Shown in pieces: positions 1 to 10,677 of a stretch of DNA of 64,000 nt. The translations under genes were made by a program, and so were the position numbers. The stretch lies in NCBI RefSeq assembly GCF_058153355.1, contig NZ_CM177019.1. The stretch is one strand, 5' to 3'. Each line of letters starts with the position of its first letter. Position 1 is the stretch's first letter. Under the pieces are notes generated by a model that was not told the DNA's origin, ran no database searches, and saw only the letters and a list, made by a program, of their open reading frames with translations.

Positions 1-246
1 TAACGCAATAAAACATATTTACTGCAATTCTTTGGCCGGTTCTTTTACGTACAACGGAAACCTGCCACTTAAACGGTGAGTACTGGCGATAAAAATCCAA
101 TAAAACGTTCAAGGCAAAAGTAAGAAACAGACAAAGCAAAGGCCGCTCACGATATAGCCAGATAAATGACGGGGATCAATTGGCTTACCCGCGATAAAAT
201 GTTACCATTCTGTTACTTTTATGTATAAGAACAGGTAAGCCCTACC

Positions 247-1647
247 ATGCCACATTCCTACGATTACGATGCCATAGTAATAGGTTCCGGCCCCGGCGGC
301 GAAGGCGCTGCAATGGGCCTGGTTAAGCAAGGTGCGCGCGTCGCAGTTATCGAGCGTTATCAAAATGTTGGCGGCGGTTGCACCCACTGGGGCACCATCC
401 CGTCGAAAGCTCTCCGTCACGCCGTCAGCCGCATTATAGAATTTAATCAAAACCCACTTTACAGTGACCATTCCCGACTGCTCCGCTCTTCTTTTGCCGA
501 TATCCTTAACCATGCCGATAACGTGATTAATCAACAAACGCGTATGCGTCAGGGATTTTACGAACGTAATCACTGTGAAATATTGCAGGGGAACGCTCGC
601 TTTGTTGACGAGCATACGTTGGCGCTGGATTGCCCGGACGGCAGCGTCGAAACACTAACCGCTGAAAAATTTGTTATTGCCTGTGGTTCTCGCCCTTATC
701 ATCCAACAGATGTTGATTTCACCCATCCACGCATTTACGACAGCGACTCAATTCTTAGCATGCACCACGAACCGCGCCATGTACTTATCTATGGTGCTGG
801 AGTGATCGGCTGTGAATATGCGTCGATCTTCCGCGGTATGGATGTAAAAGTAGATCTGATCAATACCCGCGATCGCCTGCTGGCATTTCTCGATCAAGAG
901 ATGTCAGATTCTCTCTCCTATCACTTCTGGAACAGTGGTGTAGTGATTCGTCACAACGAAGAGTACGAGAAGATCGAAGGCTGTGACGACGGTGTGATCA
1001 TGCATCTGAAGTCAGGTAAAAAACTGAAAGCTGACTGTCTGCTCTATGCCAACGGTCGCACCGGTAATACCGATTCGCTAGCGTTACAGAACATTGGGCT
1101 GGAAACTGACAGCCGCGGACAACTTAAAGTCAACAGCATGTACCAGACCGCACAGCCGCACGTTTACGCGGTGGGCGACGTGATTGGTTATCCGAGCCTG
1201 GCGTCGGCGGCCTATGACCAGGGGCGCATTGCCGCGCAGGCGCTGGTGAAAGGCGAAGCCACCGCACATCTGATTGAAGATATCCCTACCGGTATTTACA
1301 CCATCCCGGAAATCAGCTCTGTGGGCAAAACCGAACAGCAGCTGACCGCGATGAAAGTGCCATATGAAGTGGGCCGCGCCCAGTTCAAACATCTGGCACG
1401 CGCACAAATCGTCGGCATGAACGTGGGCACGCTGAAAATTTTGTTCCATCGGGAAACAAAAGAGATTCTGGGCATTCACTGCTTTGGCGAGCGCGCTGCC
1501 GAAATTATTCATATCGGTCAGGCGATTATGGAACAGAAAGGTGGCGGCAACACTATTGAGTACTTCGTCAACACCACCTTTAACTACCCGACGATGGCGG
1601 AAGCCTATCGGGTAGCCGCGTTAAACGGTTTAAACCGCCTGTTTTAA
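247..1647 (+). CDS. sthA: soluble pyridine nucleotide transhydrogenase
   Basis: 466-aa ORF, N-terminus [18 protein letters not shown] with GxGxxG dinucleotide-binding motif; full-length match to E. coli SthA from memory; 3' end overlaps oxyR convergently. Confidence 0.95.
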
Positions 1648-2547
1648 CACTTTATCGAAATGGCCATCCATTCTTGCGCGGATGGCCTCTGCCAGCTGCT
1701 CATAGCGGCTGCGCAGCGGTGAGCCCGGACGATAAACCAGGCCAATAGTGCGGCGTGGTTCCGGCTTAATACACGGCAAATAAACAACCCCATCGCGTTT
1801 GCGCTCCGGCGGCACAGCCAGTGCAGGCAGTAAAGTGATCCCGCTACCTGCCGCCACCATGTTGCGCAGAGTTTCCAGGCTGGTCGCGCGGAAGTGTGTA
1901 TCTTCATCCGCCCCGGCTTCAAAGCAGAAACCCATTGCCTGATCGCGCAAACAGTGACCATCTTCCAGCATCAGCAGTTTTTCCCCTGCCAGATCGGCCA
2001 TCGGTACGCATTCGCGGTTCGCCCACGGGTGATCTTCATAGATAGCCAGCAGCATTGGTTCATCAAACAATGGCACTTCAATGAATGCTTCGCTCTCTTT
2101 CACCAGCGCGAGGATCACGCAATCGAGTTTGCCGCTGTCCAGTTGCGCCAGTAACTGGTGGGTCTGTGCTTCATGCAGATACATTTCCAGCTTTGGAAAG
2201 GTCTGGTGCAGCATCGGGATAATATGCGGTAACAGGTAAGGCCCAACCGTTGGAATCAAACCAATATGCAGCGGTCCGGACATCGTCTCGCCCTGCTGGC
2301 TTGCCATCTCTTTAAGGACTTTCACCTCACGCAGCACGGTACGCGCCTGATCCACCAGCAGCATTCCCGCCTGGGTGAACAACACTTTACGGCTGGTCCG
2401 CTCCAGCAACATCACGCCCAGCTCATCTTCCAGCTTACGAATTTGCCCGCTAAGCGTCGGCTGGCTAACGTGGCAGGAGTCTGCCGCACGCCGAAAATGG
2501 CGGTGTTCAGCCAATGCCACCAGGTACTCAAGATCACGAATATTCAT
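1630..2547 (-). CDS. oxyR: LysR-family hydrogen peroxide-responsive regulator OxyR
   Basis: ORF 1630..2592 contains [44 protein letters not shown]; start trimmed to the MNIRDLEY methionine to give the 305-aa OxyR length. Confidence 0.95.
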   Translation of the reverse strand: MNIRDLEYLVALAEHRHFRRAADSCHVSQPTLSGQIRKLEDELGVMLLERTSRKVLFTQAGMLLVDQARTVLREVKVLKEMASQQGETMSGPLHIGLIPTVGPYLLPHIIPMLHQTFPKLEMYLHEAQTHQLLAQLDSGKLDCVILALVKESEAFIEVPLFDEPMLLAIYEDHPWANRECVPMADLAGEKLLMLEDGHCLRDQAMGFCFEAGADEDTHFRATSLETLRNMVAAGSGITLLPALAVPPERKRDGVVYLPCIKPEPRRTIGLVYRPGSPLRSRYEQLAEAIRARMDGHFDKVLKQAV

Positions 2548-2642
2548 TATCCATCCTCCATCGCCACGATAGTTCATGGCGATAGGTAGCATAGCAACGA
2601 ACGATTATCCCTATCAAGCATTCTGACTGATAATTGCTCACA

Positions 2643-2755
2643 GAAACGGAGCGGCACCTCTTTTAACCCTTGAAGTCACTGCCCGTTTCGAGAGTTTCTC
2701 AACTCGAATAACTAAAGCCAACGTGAACTTTTGCGGATCCCCAGGATCCGCTTTT
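2643..2755 (+). ncRNA. oxyS: OxyS small regulatory RNA, divergent from oxyR
   Basis: Sequence gaaacggagcggcacctcttttaacccttgaagtcactgcccgtttcgagagtttctcaactcgaataactaaagccaacgtgaacttttgcggatccccaggatccgc matches the OxyS sequence from memory; ends in a hairpin plus T-run. Confidence 0.85.
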
Positions 2756-2759
2756 TTTT
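2733..2759 (+). terminator. intrinsic terminator of oxyS
   Basis: Inverted repeat gcggatcc-cca-ggatccgc followed by ttttttttt. Confidence 0.8.
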
Positions 2760-2798
2760 ATTCTACAGGCCCACAGCAAGAGAGCCTGATAGTAACAG

Positions 2799-4082
2799 TT
2801 ACTCAATCCGATCTTTGACAATAAAGAAGTAACACAGCGCCCCGGTGAACGTCACACAGGCCGCGATAACCAGCGCCAGATTAAACGAGTGCGTGGTATC
2901 CACTACCCAACCGGTTACGATCGGAGCAAAGGAAGCAAAAACAAAACTGCCAAAGTTTTGAATCCCGGCGATGGAAGCCACTTTTGTTTCTGACACCATC
3001 ACCTGCACCAGTCCCCATGCAGATGTTCCCGCGAAATGCACGCAGAACAGCGCCATTGAGATAAACGCTACAGCCTGGGCTGGCGAGGAGGATTGCACGA
3101 CCAGCAACGTGCCTAATGCCGACATCATCAAACCGCAGACAATAGCCGTTTTACGCGTCTTCGCCAGGTCGTAGCCTTTTTTCGCCAGCCGATCGACAAC
3201 AATACCGTTAACCCACATCCCGACCGCCGCCGCGAGGAAAGGAATCGCCGCCACCCAACCGGTTTTCGCCAGACTGAAGCCTTGCTCGGCTTGTAAATAA
3301 CCGGGTAACCACGCGATGTAGAGCCAACCGGTATAATTGACGCCAGAGAAACCTAAAATCATCCCCCAGGTTGTCCGATGCTTAAACAGCGCCAGCCACT
3401 CGCTAAATTGTAATTGTGGACGCGGTTTAACCGGCGCGGAGAGATAGGTCCGTTCTTCGTCGGTCAGGACAAACTGCGCCCGGTTGCGATACCACGCGTA
3501 CCAACAGATCCCAACCAGAATCCCCGCCACGCCGATGATGACGAACATTGCCCGCCAGCCCCATGCCAGCTGCATCAATACAAGAGCAGGAGGCGCAATA
3601 GCCTGACCGATAACGGTAGATGAGTTAAAAATCCCCAGCGCCGTGCCGCGTTCTTTTTGCGCATACCAGTCGGTGATCGACTTTACTCCCGCAGGCATAA
3701 ATGGCGCTTCGCCAATACCCAGACCGATACGCATTAAAATAAAGTGGCTAAAAGAATTAACCATTCCTGTTAATGCCTGCATTAATGACCAGAATATTAA
3801 GCCTGCGCCTAAAACTATTCGTGGGCCAAAGCGGTCTAGCAAAATACCGGAAGGGAGTTGTGAAAAACCATAAGACAGAGAAAATGCAGAAAGCAAAACG
3901 CCAAATTCTGTCGCCGATAATCCTAACTCGCCACGAATCGCTTCGCCTGCCACGCTCAATGACGAACGGTCGAGGAAATTAACGATCCCCGCCATAAATA
4001 ATAAAACCAGCGTTACTGTCTGAATACGACGAATCCGTTGCGGTTTATTACCCGCAACACTGGTTGACACATCAACGTCCAT
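2799..4082 (-). CDS. MFS transporter, anion:cation symporter (ACS) family, probable sugar-acid (aldonate/hexuronate-type) permease
   Basis: 427-aa ORF with multiple hydrophobic helices and the NFLDR-type motif typical of ExuT/GudP/DgoT-like ACS transporters; co-oriented with the downstream ManD-like gene; substrate not inferable. Confidence 0.8.
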   Translation of the reverse strand: MDVDVSTSVAGNKPQRIRRIQTVTLVLLFMAGIVNFLDRSSLSVAGEAIRGELGLSATEFGVLLSAFSLSYGFSQLPSGILLDRFGPRIVLGAGLIFWSLMQALTGMVNSFSHFILMRIGLGIGEAPFMPAGVKSITDWYAQKERGTALGIFNSSTVIGQAIAPPALVLMQLAWGWRAMFVIIGVAGILVGICWYAWYRNRAQFVLTDEERTYLSAPVKPRPQLQFSEWLALFKHRTTWGMILGFSGVNYTGWLYIAWLPGYLQAEQGFSLAKTGWVAAIPFLAAAVGMWVNGIVVDRLAKKGYDLAKTRKTAIVCGLMMSALGTLLVVQSSSPAQAVAFISMALFCVHFAGTSAWGLVQVMVSETKVASIAGIQNFGSFVFASFAPIVTGWVVDTTHSFNLALVIAACVTFTGALCYFFIVKDRIE

Positions 4083-5848
4083 TTTTAGCTCCTTGAGCGG
4101 AATTAATCGATTTGCTGACTATTCAGAAAATAATTAAGCGAACCGTTATTACCAGTTCCACAATGTGCCATCTTCCAGTCGTGCGACGGGGAGATACGCC
4201 GGGTCATACGGATATTTCGCCGCCAGTTTCTCATCGAAAGAAATACCCAGCCCCGGTTCATCGCCTGGGTGCATATAACCTTCATCGAAGCGCCAGCTGT
4301 GCGGGAAGACTTCAAGCATTTGTTCGGAATAGCCCATGTACTCCTGAACGCCAAAGTTTGGCACCCAGAGGTCAAAATGCAGCGCCGCCGCATGACAAAC
4401 AGGCGATAAATCTGAAGGGCCATGCGAACCGGTACGTACCTGATAAAGCGATGCAAAATCGGCAATCCGTCGCATCCCGGTAATGCCGCCTGCATGGGTA
4501 ATCGTCGTGCGAATATAGTCAATCAGCTGCTCTTCGATTAACTGCTTGCAGTCCCAGATACTGTTAAACACTTCACCGACCGCAATCGGCGTCACAGTAT
4601 GCTGGCGAATCAGACGAAAACATTCCTGGTTCTCGGCAGGCGTCGGATCTTCCATCCAGAACAGGCGGTAATCCTCAATGCTCTTCCCAAAGCGCGCCGC
4701 TTCGATAGGAGTCAGGCGATGGTGCATGTCATGCAACAGATGTTCGTTAAAACCGAACTTATTACGCACCGCTTCAAATAACTTCGGTGTAAAATCGAGA
4801 TACTTTTCTGAAGACCACAACTGCTCTTCCGGCCACAGGCCTTTGGTTGCCGGTTCATACGCCAGTCCTTTGCCCTTCGCCAGGCCATAAGTTGTTTGCA
4901 TACCCGGTACACCACACTGCACACGAATCGCCTTAAAGCCCATCTGCTGGTGCTTTGCATAGTCTTCAAGGACTTCATCAATCGTGCGCCCGGTGGTATG
5001 GCAATAAACCATCACGCCTTCACGAGAAGCCCCACCAAGCAGTTGATACAATGGCATATTTGCCGCTTTGGCTTTGATATCCCACAACGCCATATCAATG
5101 GCAGAAATGGCCGACATCGTGACGGGGCCACGTCGCCAGTAAGCACCTTTATAAAAGAATTGCCAGATATCTTCGATACGGCTGGCATCGCGGCCAATTA
5201 ATTGTGGACAAAGATGATCTTTCAGATAAGAAGCGACCGACAATTCGCGACCATTTAATGTGGCATCTCCCAATCCACAAAGTCCGCTTGCAGTGGTTAT
5301 TTTAAGCGTAACGAAATTACGTCCTGGGCAAGTAACAAAAACATCTGCAGCAATAATTTTCATTATTGCAATCTCCTGTGTTGTAAATAGACGCTTCAAA
5401 CTTAATTTTACGCCTACTACCATACAAGAGAGAAAGAGCGATTATTCAACCGTGATCACATTAAAAATAAAAATTTCCGCCGAGGAGAAAAACCCCCCTC
5501 AAAAACCACCTGAATAATTAACCATCATCGTTAAAACAACACGTTAAATAATCACATAACAAACTCCATTAATCATTAAAAATGAGCGCAGCAATAGAAA
5601 TGAATTATATTCAATTAATTAAAATATGTATTGATTGATGTATTGAAAATATGATTTTCATGGGGAGAGTGAAGGTAAAGAAGACGCAAGAATAAAAAGG
5701 AATATGACAAATAATAGTTCTGGTTGGGCGTTAAATTTAAGGTCACCAGAATGCTGACAAATTTCTGCCTGAGGCAGTCCGCCTACGTAGTGTCGCTACT
5801 TTATAGGCGTGGTAAGCTCCCCATTTTCAGGGGAGCAATATAAACCAA
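4083..5848. other. boundary region of a two-gene insertion between oxyS and argH, including a 485-bp AT-rich upstream region (5364..5848)
   Basis: In the K-12 arrangement (from memory) oxyS lies directly between argH and oxyR; here two extra genes and a long AT-rich leader intervene. Confidence 0.6.
4149..5363 (-). CDS. enolase-superfamily D-mannonate dehydratase subgroup protein (RspA paralog)
   Basis: ORF 4149..5423; from [24 protein letters not shown] onward it is nearly collinear with E. coli RspA as I remember it; start trimmed to that methionine (about 404 aa). Confidence 0.85.
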   Translation of the reverse strand: MKIIAADVFVTCPGRNFVTLKITTASGLCGLGDATLNGRELSVASYLKDHLCPQLIGRDASRIEDIWQFFYKGAYWRRGPVTMSAISAIDMALWDIKAKAANMPLYQLLGGASREGVMVYCHTTGRTIDEVLEDYAKHQQMGFKAIRVQCGVPGMQTTYGLAKGKGLAYEPATKGLWPEEQLWSSEKYLDFTPKLFEAVRNKFGFNEHLLHDMHHRLTPIEAARFGKSIEDYRLFWMEDPTPAENQECFRLIRQHTVTPIAVGEVFNSIWDCKQLIEEQLIDYIRTTITHAGGITGMRRIADFASLYQVRTGSHGPSDLSPVCHAAALHFDLWVPNFGVQEYMGYSEQMLEVFPHSWRFDEGYMHPGDEPGLGISFDEKLAAKYPYDPAYLPVARLEDGTLWNW

Positions 5849-7222
5849 TTACTCCAACCGCGCCTGCGCAAAAGCAATCGCCTGCGCCACCTGCTGCGGG
5901 GAGACGCCGCCTTTTGCTGCACGCTTGTCGAGGCACGATTGCAGCGACAGAATCGGATAGACATCTTCGCCAATCACCTGACTGAATTTCTGCAACTCAC
6001 TGAGCGGCAGTTCTTCCAGCGGTTTGCCCTGACGAATGGCTTCCACCACCGCTTCACCCACAATATGGTGCGCCTCGCGGAACGGCACACCTTTCGCCAC
6101 CAGGTAATCCGCCAGTTCAGTGGCGTTCGCATACCCCTGCTGCGCCGCTTCCTGGCAACGCGGACGTTTCACCTGAATCCCGTCCAGCACCAGCGCCGCC
6201 ATATGCAGGCAGTCCAGCCAGGTATCGAGCGCGTCGAACAGACCTTCTTTATCTTCCTGCATATCTTTGTTATAGGCCAGCGGCAGACCTTTCAGCGTCA
6301 TCATCATGCCAGTCAACGCGCCCTGAACACGACCGCATTTACCCCGAATCAGCTCCAGCGCATCCGGGTTTTTCTTCTGCGGCATTAATGATGAACCGGA
6401 AGTAACACGATCAGAAAGCTCCACAAAACCCGCTTCGCCGGTGTTAAAGAAAATCAGATCTTCGGCAAAACGCGACAAATGCACCATACCGATAGCGGCG
6501 GCAGAAAGCAGTTCCAGCACGTGGTCGCGGTCAGAAACGCTGTCGAGACTGTTACGGGTCGCCGAGGCAAAGCCCAGCCAGCCTGCTAACTGTTCACGGT
6601 CGATTTCATAGGCCGTTCCCGCCAGTGCGCCACAGCCTAACGGGCTGACATCCAGACGCTTAAGCGCATCCTGCAAACGGCTTTCATCACGCGCCAGCAT
6701 CTCAACATAGGCCAGGCACCAGTGCGCAAACGTCACCGGCTGGGCGCGTTGCAGGTGAGTATAACCAGGCATTACCGCGTCCTGATTATTCTGCGCGGTC
6801 TCGACCAGAGCGGATTGTAACTGTCGGTTAGCCGTCAGCAACTCGCTAACGGTATCCTTGCACCACAGTTTCAGGTCAGTCGCTACCTGATCATTACGGC
6901 TACGCCCGGTATGCAATTTTTTGCCTAACTGGCCCACTTTGTCGATCAGTTTGCCTTCCACCCAGCTATGGATATCTTCGGCGTCGCTTTCAAGAATTTG
7001 TTGTGGCCTGGCGCGAACATCTTCCAGCAGCACGTTCAGCGCCTCTTCCAGTTGCGCCTGCTCTTCTGCGGTTAACACGCCGACCGTGACCAGGGCTTTG
7101 GACCAGGCCACAGAGCCAACAATATCCTGCTCCGCCAGACGGTAATCAAAGCGCAGTGAGTCGTTGAATTGTTTGAACCGTTGATCTGCTGCCTGGGTAA
7201 AACGCCCGCCCCAAAGTGCCAT
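5849..7222 (-). CDS. argH: argininosuccinate lyase
   Basis: 457-aa [47 protein letters not shown]; fumarate-lyase family signature [12 protein letters not shown] present. Confidence 0.96.
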   Translation of the reverse strand: MALWGGRFTQAADQRFKQFNDSLRFDYRLAEQDIVGSVAWSKALVTVGVLTAEEQAQLEEALNVLLEDVRARPQQILESDAEDIHSWVEGKLIDKVGQLGKKLHTGRSRNDQVATDLKLWCKDTVSELLTANRQLQSALVETAQNNQDAVMPGYTHLQRAQPVTFAHWCLAYVEMLARDESRLQDALKRLDVSPLGCGALAGTAYEIDREQLAGWLGFASATRNSLDSVSDRDHVLELLSAAAIGMVHLSRFAEDLIFFNTGEAGFVELSDRVTSGSSLMPQKKNPDALELIRGKCGRVQGALTGMMMTLKGLPLAYNKDMQEDKEGLFDALDTWLDCLHMAALVLDGIQVKRPRCQEAAQQGYANATELADYLVAKGVPFREAHHIVGEAVVEAIRQGKPLEELPLSELQKFSQVIGEDVYPILSLQSCLDKRAAKGGVSPQQVAQAIAFAQARLE

Positions 7223-7282
7223 AAATCTGTTTCCTTATTTTGAAATTCAATGCCGGAAAGCTACGTCTCCGGCTAACAAAAC

Positions 7283-8059
7283 TTAAGCTAAAATCCGCGT
7301 ACCCATCGGCATACCGTTAAACAGTGCCGGAAGTTGTTCCGCATGACGCCAGGAGGCGATATCTACCGGGCGACCCAGCGTGCGCGCAGCGTCCAGCGCC
7401 GCGTTCACTTTCACTATCATGCCGTCAGTAATAATGCCCTGCTCAATCAGTTGTTCTGCTTTCGCTGCGGTCATTTCGGCAATACGTTGTCCTTTGCCGT
7501 CGAGAATACCGCTGACATCAGAGAGCAAAATCAGATCCGCGCCCAGCGTTGCCGCCAGCGCCGTCGCCGCCTGGTCAGCATTGACGTTCATCAGTTGCCC
7601 TTCGTCCGTTACGCCAATGGAGCTGACCACTGGTAGATAACCGTTTTCCAGCAACGTGTTGATAAGCTTAGGCGAACCTGGCTGCGCCAGTCCAACATGG
7701 CCTAACTCTTCATCGAGCTGGGTCACTTTTACGCTGTCGCCGTCACCGAGAAACAAACCTACGGCTGCAATCTGATGTTTCTTCGCCCATGCCAGCAGGG
7801 TTTTATTTGCCGTTCCCGCCAGCGCTCCGGTGATAATGTCTATCTGATCCGCAGGCGTCACCCGCAGGCCGTTTTTCTTTTTCACCGGCAGATTCAGTCC
7901 TTTCATCAGCTCATCCACCACGCAGCCGCCGCCGTGGACAATCACCAGCGGACGCTGATGTGACTCGCGATAATTCACCAGGGCGCTAAACAGACGTTCC
8001 AGCGCCTCTTCACTATCCAGCAGTACGCCGCCCAGTTTGATAATTAATGGATTCATCAT
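7283..8059 (-). CDS. argB: acetylglutamate kinase
   Basis: ORF 7283..8092 contains [45 protein letters not shown]; start trimmed to give 258 aa. Confidence 0.95.
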   Translation of the reverse strand: MMNPLIIKLGGVLLDSEEALERLFSALVNYRESHQRPLVIVHGGGCVVDELMKGLNLPVKKKNGLRVTPADQIDIITGALAGTANKTLLAWAKKHQIAAVGLFLGDGDSVKVTQLDEELGHVGLAQPGSPKLINTLLENGYLPVVSSIGVTDEGQLMNVNADQAATALAATLGADLILLSDVSGILDGKGQRIAEMTAAKAEQLIEQGIITDGMIVKVNAALDAARTLGRPVDIASWRHAEQLPALFNGMPMGTRILA

Positions 8060-8066
8060 TGCACCC

Positions 8067-9071
8067 CTAAATAAGAGACTGCGTTTCCGCATAGCCGAAA
8101 CGAATATTGGCGCACTGTACCGCTTGTGCTGCCGCGCCTTTCAATAAGTTGTCTTCGGTCGCCACAATAATCAGATGTTCCCCCTGAACGGCAAAACCGA
8201 TATCGCAGAACGGCAGCCCGACGACATTTTTCAGCGCCGGAACGCCTTTGTCATACAACCGTACCAGCGGTTTATGGGCATACGCCTGCTGTAACGCTTG
8301 CGCGACTTGCGCCTGGTTCACGCCAGGCTTCAGGCGGCAGGTAATGGTTTCGAGAATGCCGCGCGGGAAATTGCCCAGATGCGGGGTAAAAATAACGTCA
8401 GCACCGAGATGCGTGGCGATCTCCGGCTGGTGGCGATGGGTAAAGACACCATACGGTTGCAGGCTAACTTCACAAAAACTATTTGAAATCGCTGCCTTAC
8501 GTCCTGCTCCGCTCACACCACTGGTGGCGTTGATAACCGGCCACTGATTGAGGTCAAGAAGATCGGCATCAATCAACGGTTTCAGCGCCAATTGCGCCGC
8601 CGTCGGATAACAGCCAGGCACCGCAATTAAGTTCGCTTCTTTTAATTTATGACCGCACCACTCCGCCAGACCGTAAGCTGCCTGTTCCAACAGTTCCGGG
8701 TATTGATGGCTAAAGCCGTAATATTTTTCATAGAAGGTGGCGTCGTTAACACGAAACGCGCCGGAAAGGTCGAACACCACACAGCCCGCTTCAAGAAATT
8801 GTGGCGCTAAATCGTGACTAACTTCATGGGCAGTAGCAAGAAACACCACGTCCACCCCTGGGCTAAACTCACTGATATCCGACATCGGCTGCAACGGCAG
8901 ATCAACGATGCCTTTTAGCTGCGGATGCAAATCGGAGATTAACTTTCCCGCATCATTGCTTTGCGCTGAAACAGTCAAAGCGGTTATGTTCATATGCGGA
9001 TGGCGATTTACATAGGTCACTAGCTCTGCGCCAGCGTAACCGCTGGCACCCACAATCAGCGTATTCAACAT
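8067..9071 (-). CDS. argC: N-acetyl-gamma-glutamyl-phosphate reductase
   Basis: 334-aa [46 protein letters not shown]; matches E. coli ArgC. Confidence 0.95.
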   Translation of the reverse strand: MLNTLIVGASGYAGAELVTYVNRHPHMNITALTVSAQSNDAGKLISDLHPQLKGIVDLPLQPMSDISEFSPGVDVVFLATAHEVSHDLAPQFLEAGCVVFDLSGAFRVNDATFYEKYYGFSHQYPELLEQAAYGLAEWCGHKLKEANLIAVPGCYPTAAQLALKPLIDADLLDLNQWPVINATSGVSGAGRKAAISNSFCEVSLQPYGVFTHRHQPEIATHLGADVIFTPHLGNFPRGILETITCRLKPGVNQAQVAQALQQAYAHKPLVRLYDKGVPALKNVVGLPFCDIGFAVQGEHLIIVATEDNLLKGAAAQAVQCANIRFGYAETQSLI

Positions 9072-9149
9072 CGGGGCTATTCACCTTCTTATGTCTGGTT
9101 GCCTGGTTAAACGTAAAACATTCACCTTACGGCTGGTGGGTTTTATTAC

Positions 9150-9200
9150 GCTCAACGTTAGTGTATTTTTATTCATAAATACTGCATGAATATTGATACT
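9150..9200. promoter_or_regulatory. divergent argE / argCBH control region with ARG-box-like ArgR operator sequences
   Basis: gtgtatttttattcataaatactgcatgaatattgatact contains TGAAT/ATTCA half-sites resembling ARG boxes, between the divergent argC and argE starts. Confidence 0.5.
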
Positions 9201-9224
9201 ATCATGACCAGAGGTGTGTCAACA

Positions 9225-10376
9225 ATGAAAAACAAATTACCGCCATTTATCGAGATTTACCGTGCTCTGATTGCCACACCTTCAATAAGCGCCACGGAAG
9301 AGGCACTCGATCAAAGCAATGCAGATTTAATCACTCTACTGGCGGACTGGTTTAAAGATTTGGGCTTCAATGTGGAAGTGCAGCCCGTGCCGGGAACTCG
9401 CAACAAATTTAATATGCTAGCCAGTTGCGGACAGGGAGCTGGCGGTTTGCTGCTGGCGGGGCATACCGATACGGTGCCATTTGATGACGGCCGCTGGACG
9501 CGCGATCCGTTTACGCTGACAGAGCATGACGGCAAGCTTTACGGCTTAGGCACCGCCGACATGAAAGGCTTTTTTGCGTTTATCCTCGATGCACTACGCG
9601 ATGTCGACGTCACGAAACTGAAAAAACCGCTCTACATTCTGGCGACTGCCGATGAAGAGACCAGTATGGCAGGAGCGCGTTATTTTGCCGAAACTACCGC
9701 CCTGCGCCCGGATTGCGCCATCATTGGCGAACCGACGTCGCTGCAACCGGTACGCGCGCATAAAGGCCATATCTCGAACGCCATCCGTATTCAGGGCCAG
9801 TCGGGGCACTCCAGCGATCCAGCACGCGGAGTTAACGCGATCGAATTGATGCACGACGCCATCGGGCATATTTTGCAATTGCGCGATAATCTGAAAGAAC
9901 GTTATCACTACGAAGCATTTACCGTGCCATACCCTACGCTCAACCTCGGGCATATTCACGGTGGCGATGCATCTAACCGTATTTGCGCTTGCTGTGAGTT
10001 GCATATGGATATTCGTCCGCTGCCAGGCATGACACTCAATGAACTTAATGGTTTGCTCAACGATGCATTGTCTCCGGTGAGCGAGCGCTGGCCGGGTCGT
10101 CTGACGGTCGACGAGCTGCATCCACCGATCCCTGGCTATGAATGCCCACCGAATCATCAACTGGTTGAAGTGGTTGAGAAATTGCTCGGAGCAAAGACCG
10201 AAGTAGTGAACTACTGTACCGAAGCGCCGTTTATTCAGACGTTATGCCCGACGCTGGTGCTGGGACCTGGCTCAATTAATCAGGCTCATCAGCCTGATGA
10301 ATACCTGGAGACACGGTTTATCAAGCCCACCCGCGAACTGATCACCCAGGTGATTCACCATTTCTGCTGGCATTAA
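9225..10376 (+). CDS. argE: acetylornithine deacetylase
   Basis: ORF 9186..10376; [26 protein letters not shown] onward matches ArgE (383 aa); M20 peptidase family. Confidence 0.95.
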   Translation: MKNKLPPFIEIYRALIATPSISATEEALDQSNADLITLLADWFKDLGFNVEVQPVPGTRNKFNMLASCGQGAGGLLLAGHTDTVPFDDGRWTRDPFTLTEHDGKLYGLGTADMKGFFAFILDALRDVDVTKLKKPLYILATADEETSMAGARYFAETTALRPDCAIIGEPTSLQPVRAHKGHISNAIRIQGQSGHSSDPARGVNAIELMHDAIGHILQLRDNLKERYHYEAFTVPYPTLNLGHIHGGDASNRICACCELHMDIRPLPGMTLNELNGLLNDALSPVSERWPGRLTVDELHPPIPGYECPPNHQLVEVVEKLLGAKTEVVNYCTEAPFIQTLCPTLVLGPGSINQAHQPDEYLETRFIKPTRELITQVIHHFCWH

Positions 10377-10377
10377 A

Positions 10378-10430
10378 ACGTAGGCCAAACAATGTCGGAT
10401 GCGATGCTTGCGCATCTTATCCGACCTACA
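10378..10430. repeat. REP (repetitive extragenic palindromic) element
   Basis: gtaggccaaacaatgtcggatgcgatgcttgcgcatcttatccgacctaca, an imperfect palindrome of the GCCGGATG/ATCCGGC REP type downstream of argE. Confidence 0.7.
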
Positions 10431-10677
10431 CCTTTGGTGTTACTCGAGGCGATTTTTTAACATTTCCATAAGTTACGCTTATTTAAAGCGTCGTGAATTT
10501 AATGGCGTAAATTCCTGCTATTTATTCGTTTGCTGAAGCGATTTCGCAGCATTTGACGTCATCGCTTTTACGTGGCTTTATAAAAGACGACGAAAAGCAA
10601 AGCCCGAGCATATTCGCGCCAATGCGACGTGAAGGATACAGGGCTATCAAACGATAAGATGGGGTGTCTGGGGTAAT

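Noticed and set aside
202-615. 137-aa minus-strand ORF overlapping the sthA start; considered as a possible fabR 5' end
   Set aside because: Translation does not resemble FabR (TetR family) and it lies antisense within sthA; fabR probably starts beyond the window edge. Treated as a frame artefact.
1084-1512. Antisense ORFs inside well-supported genes (for example 1084..1512, 5939..6388, 11383..11883, 50531..51292, 52951..53386, 54282..55277)
   Set aside because: They lie entirely within and antisense to long, conserved, recognisable genes (sthA, argH, ppc, priA, ftsN, hslU) and have Arg/Ser/Pro-rich low-complexity translations typical of spurious frames; no independent support.
1630-1647. 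18-bp convergent overlap of the sthA and oxyR 3' ends; also the roughly 35-bp pflD/pflC overlap (17420..17454)
   Set aside because: These overlaps are the normal arrangement for these genes in E. coli (from memory) and do not indicate frameshifts or pseudogenes.
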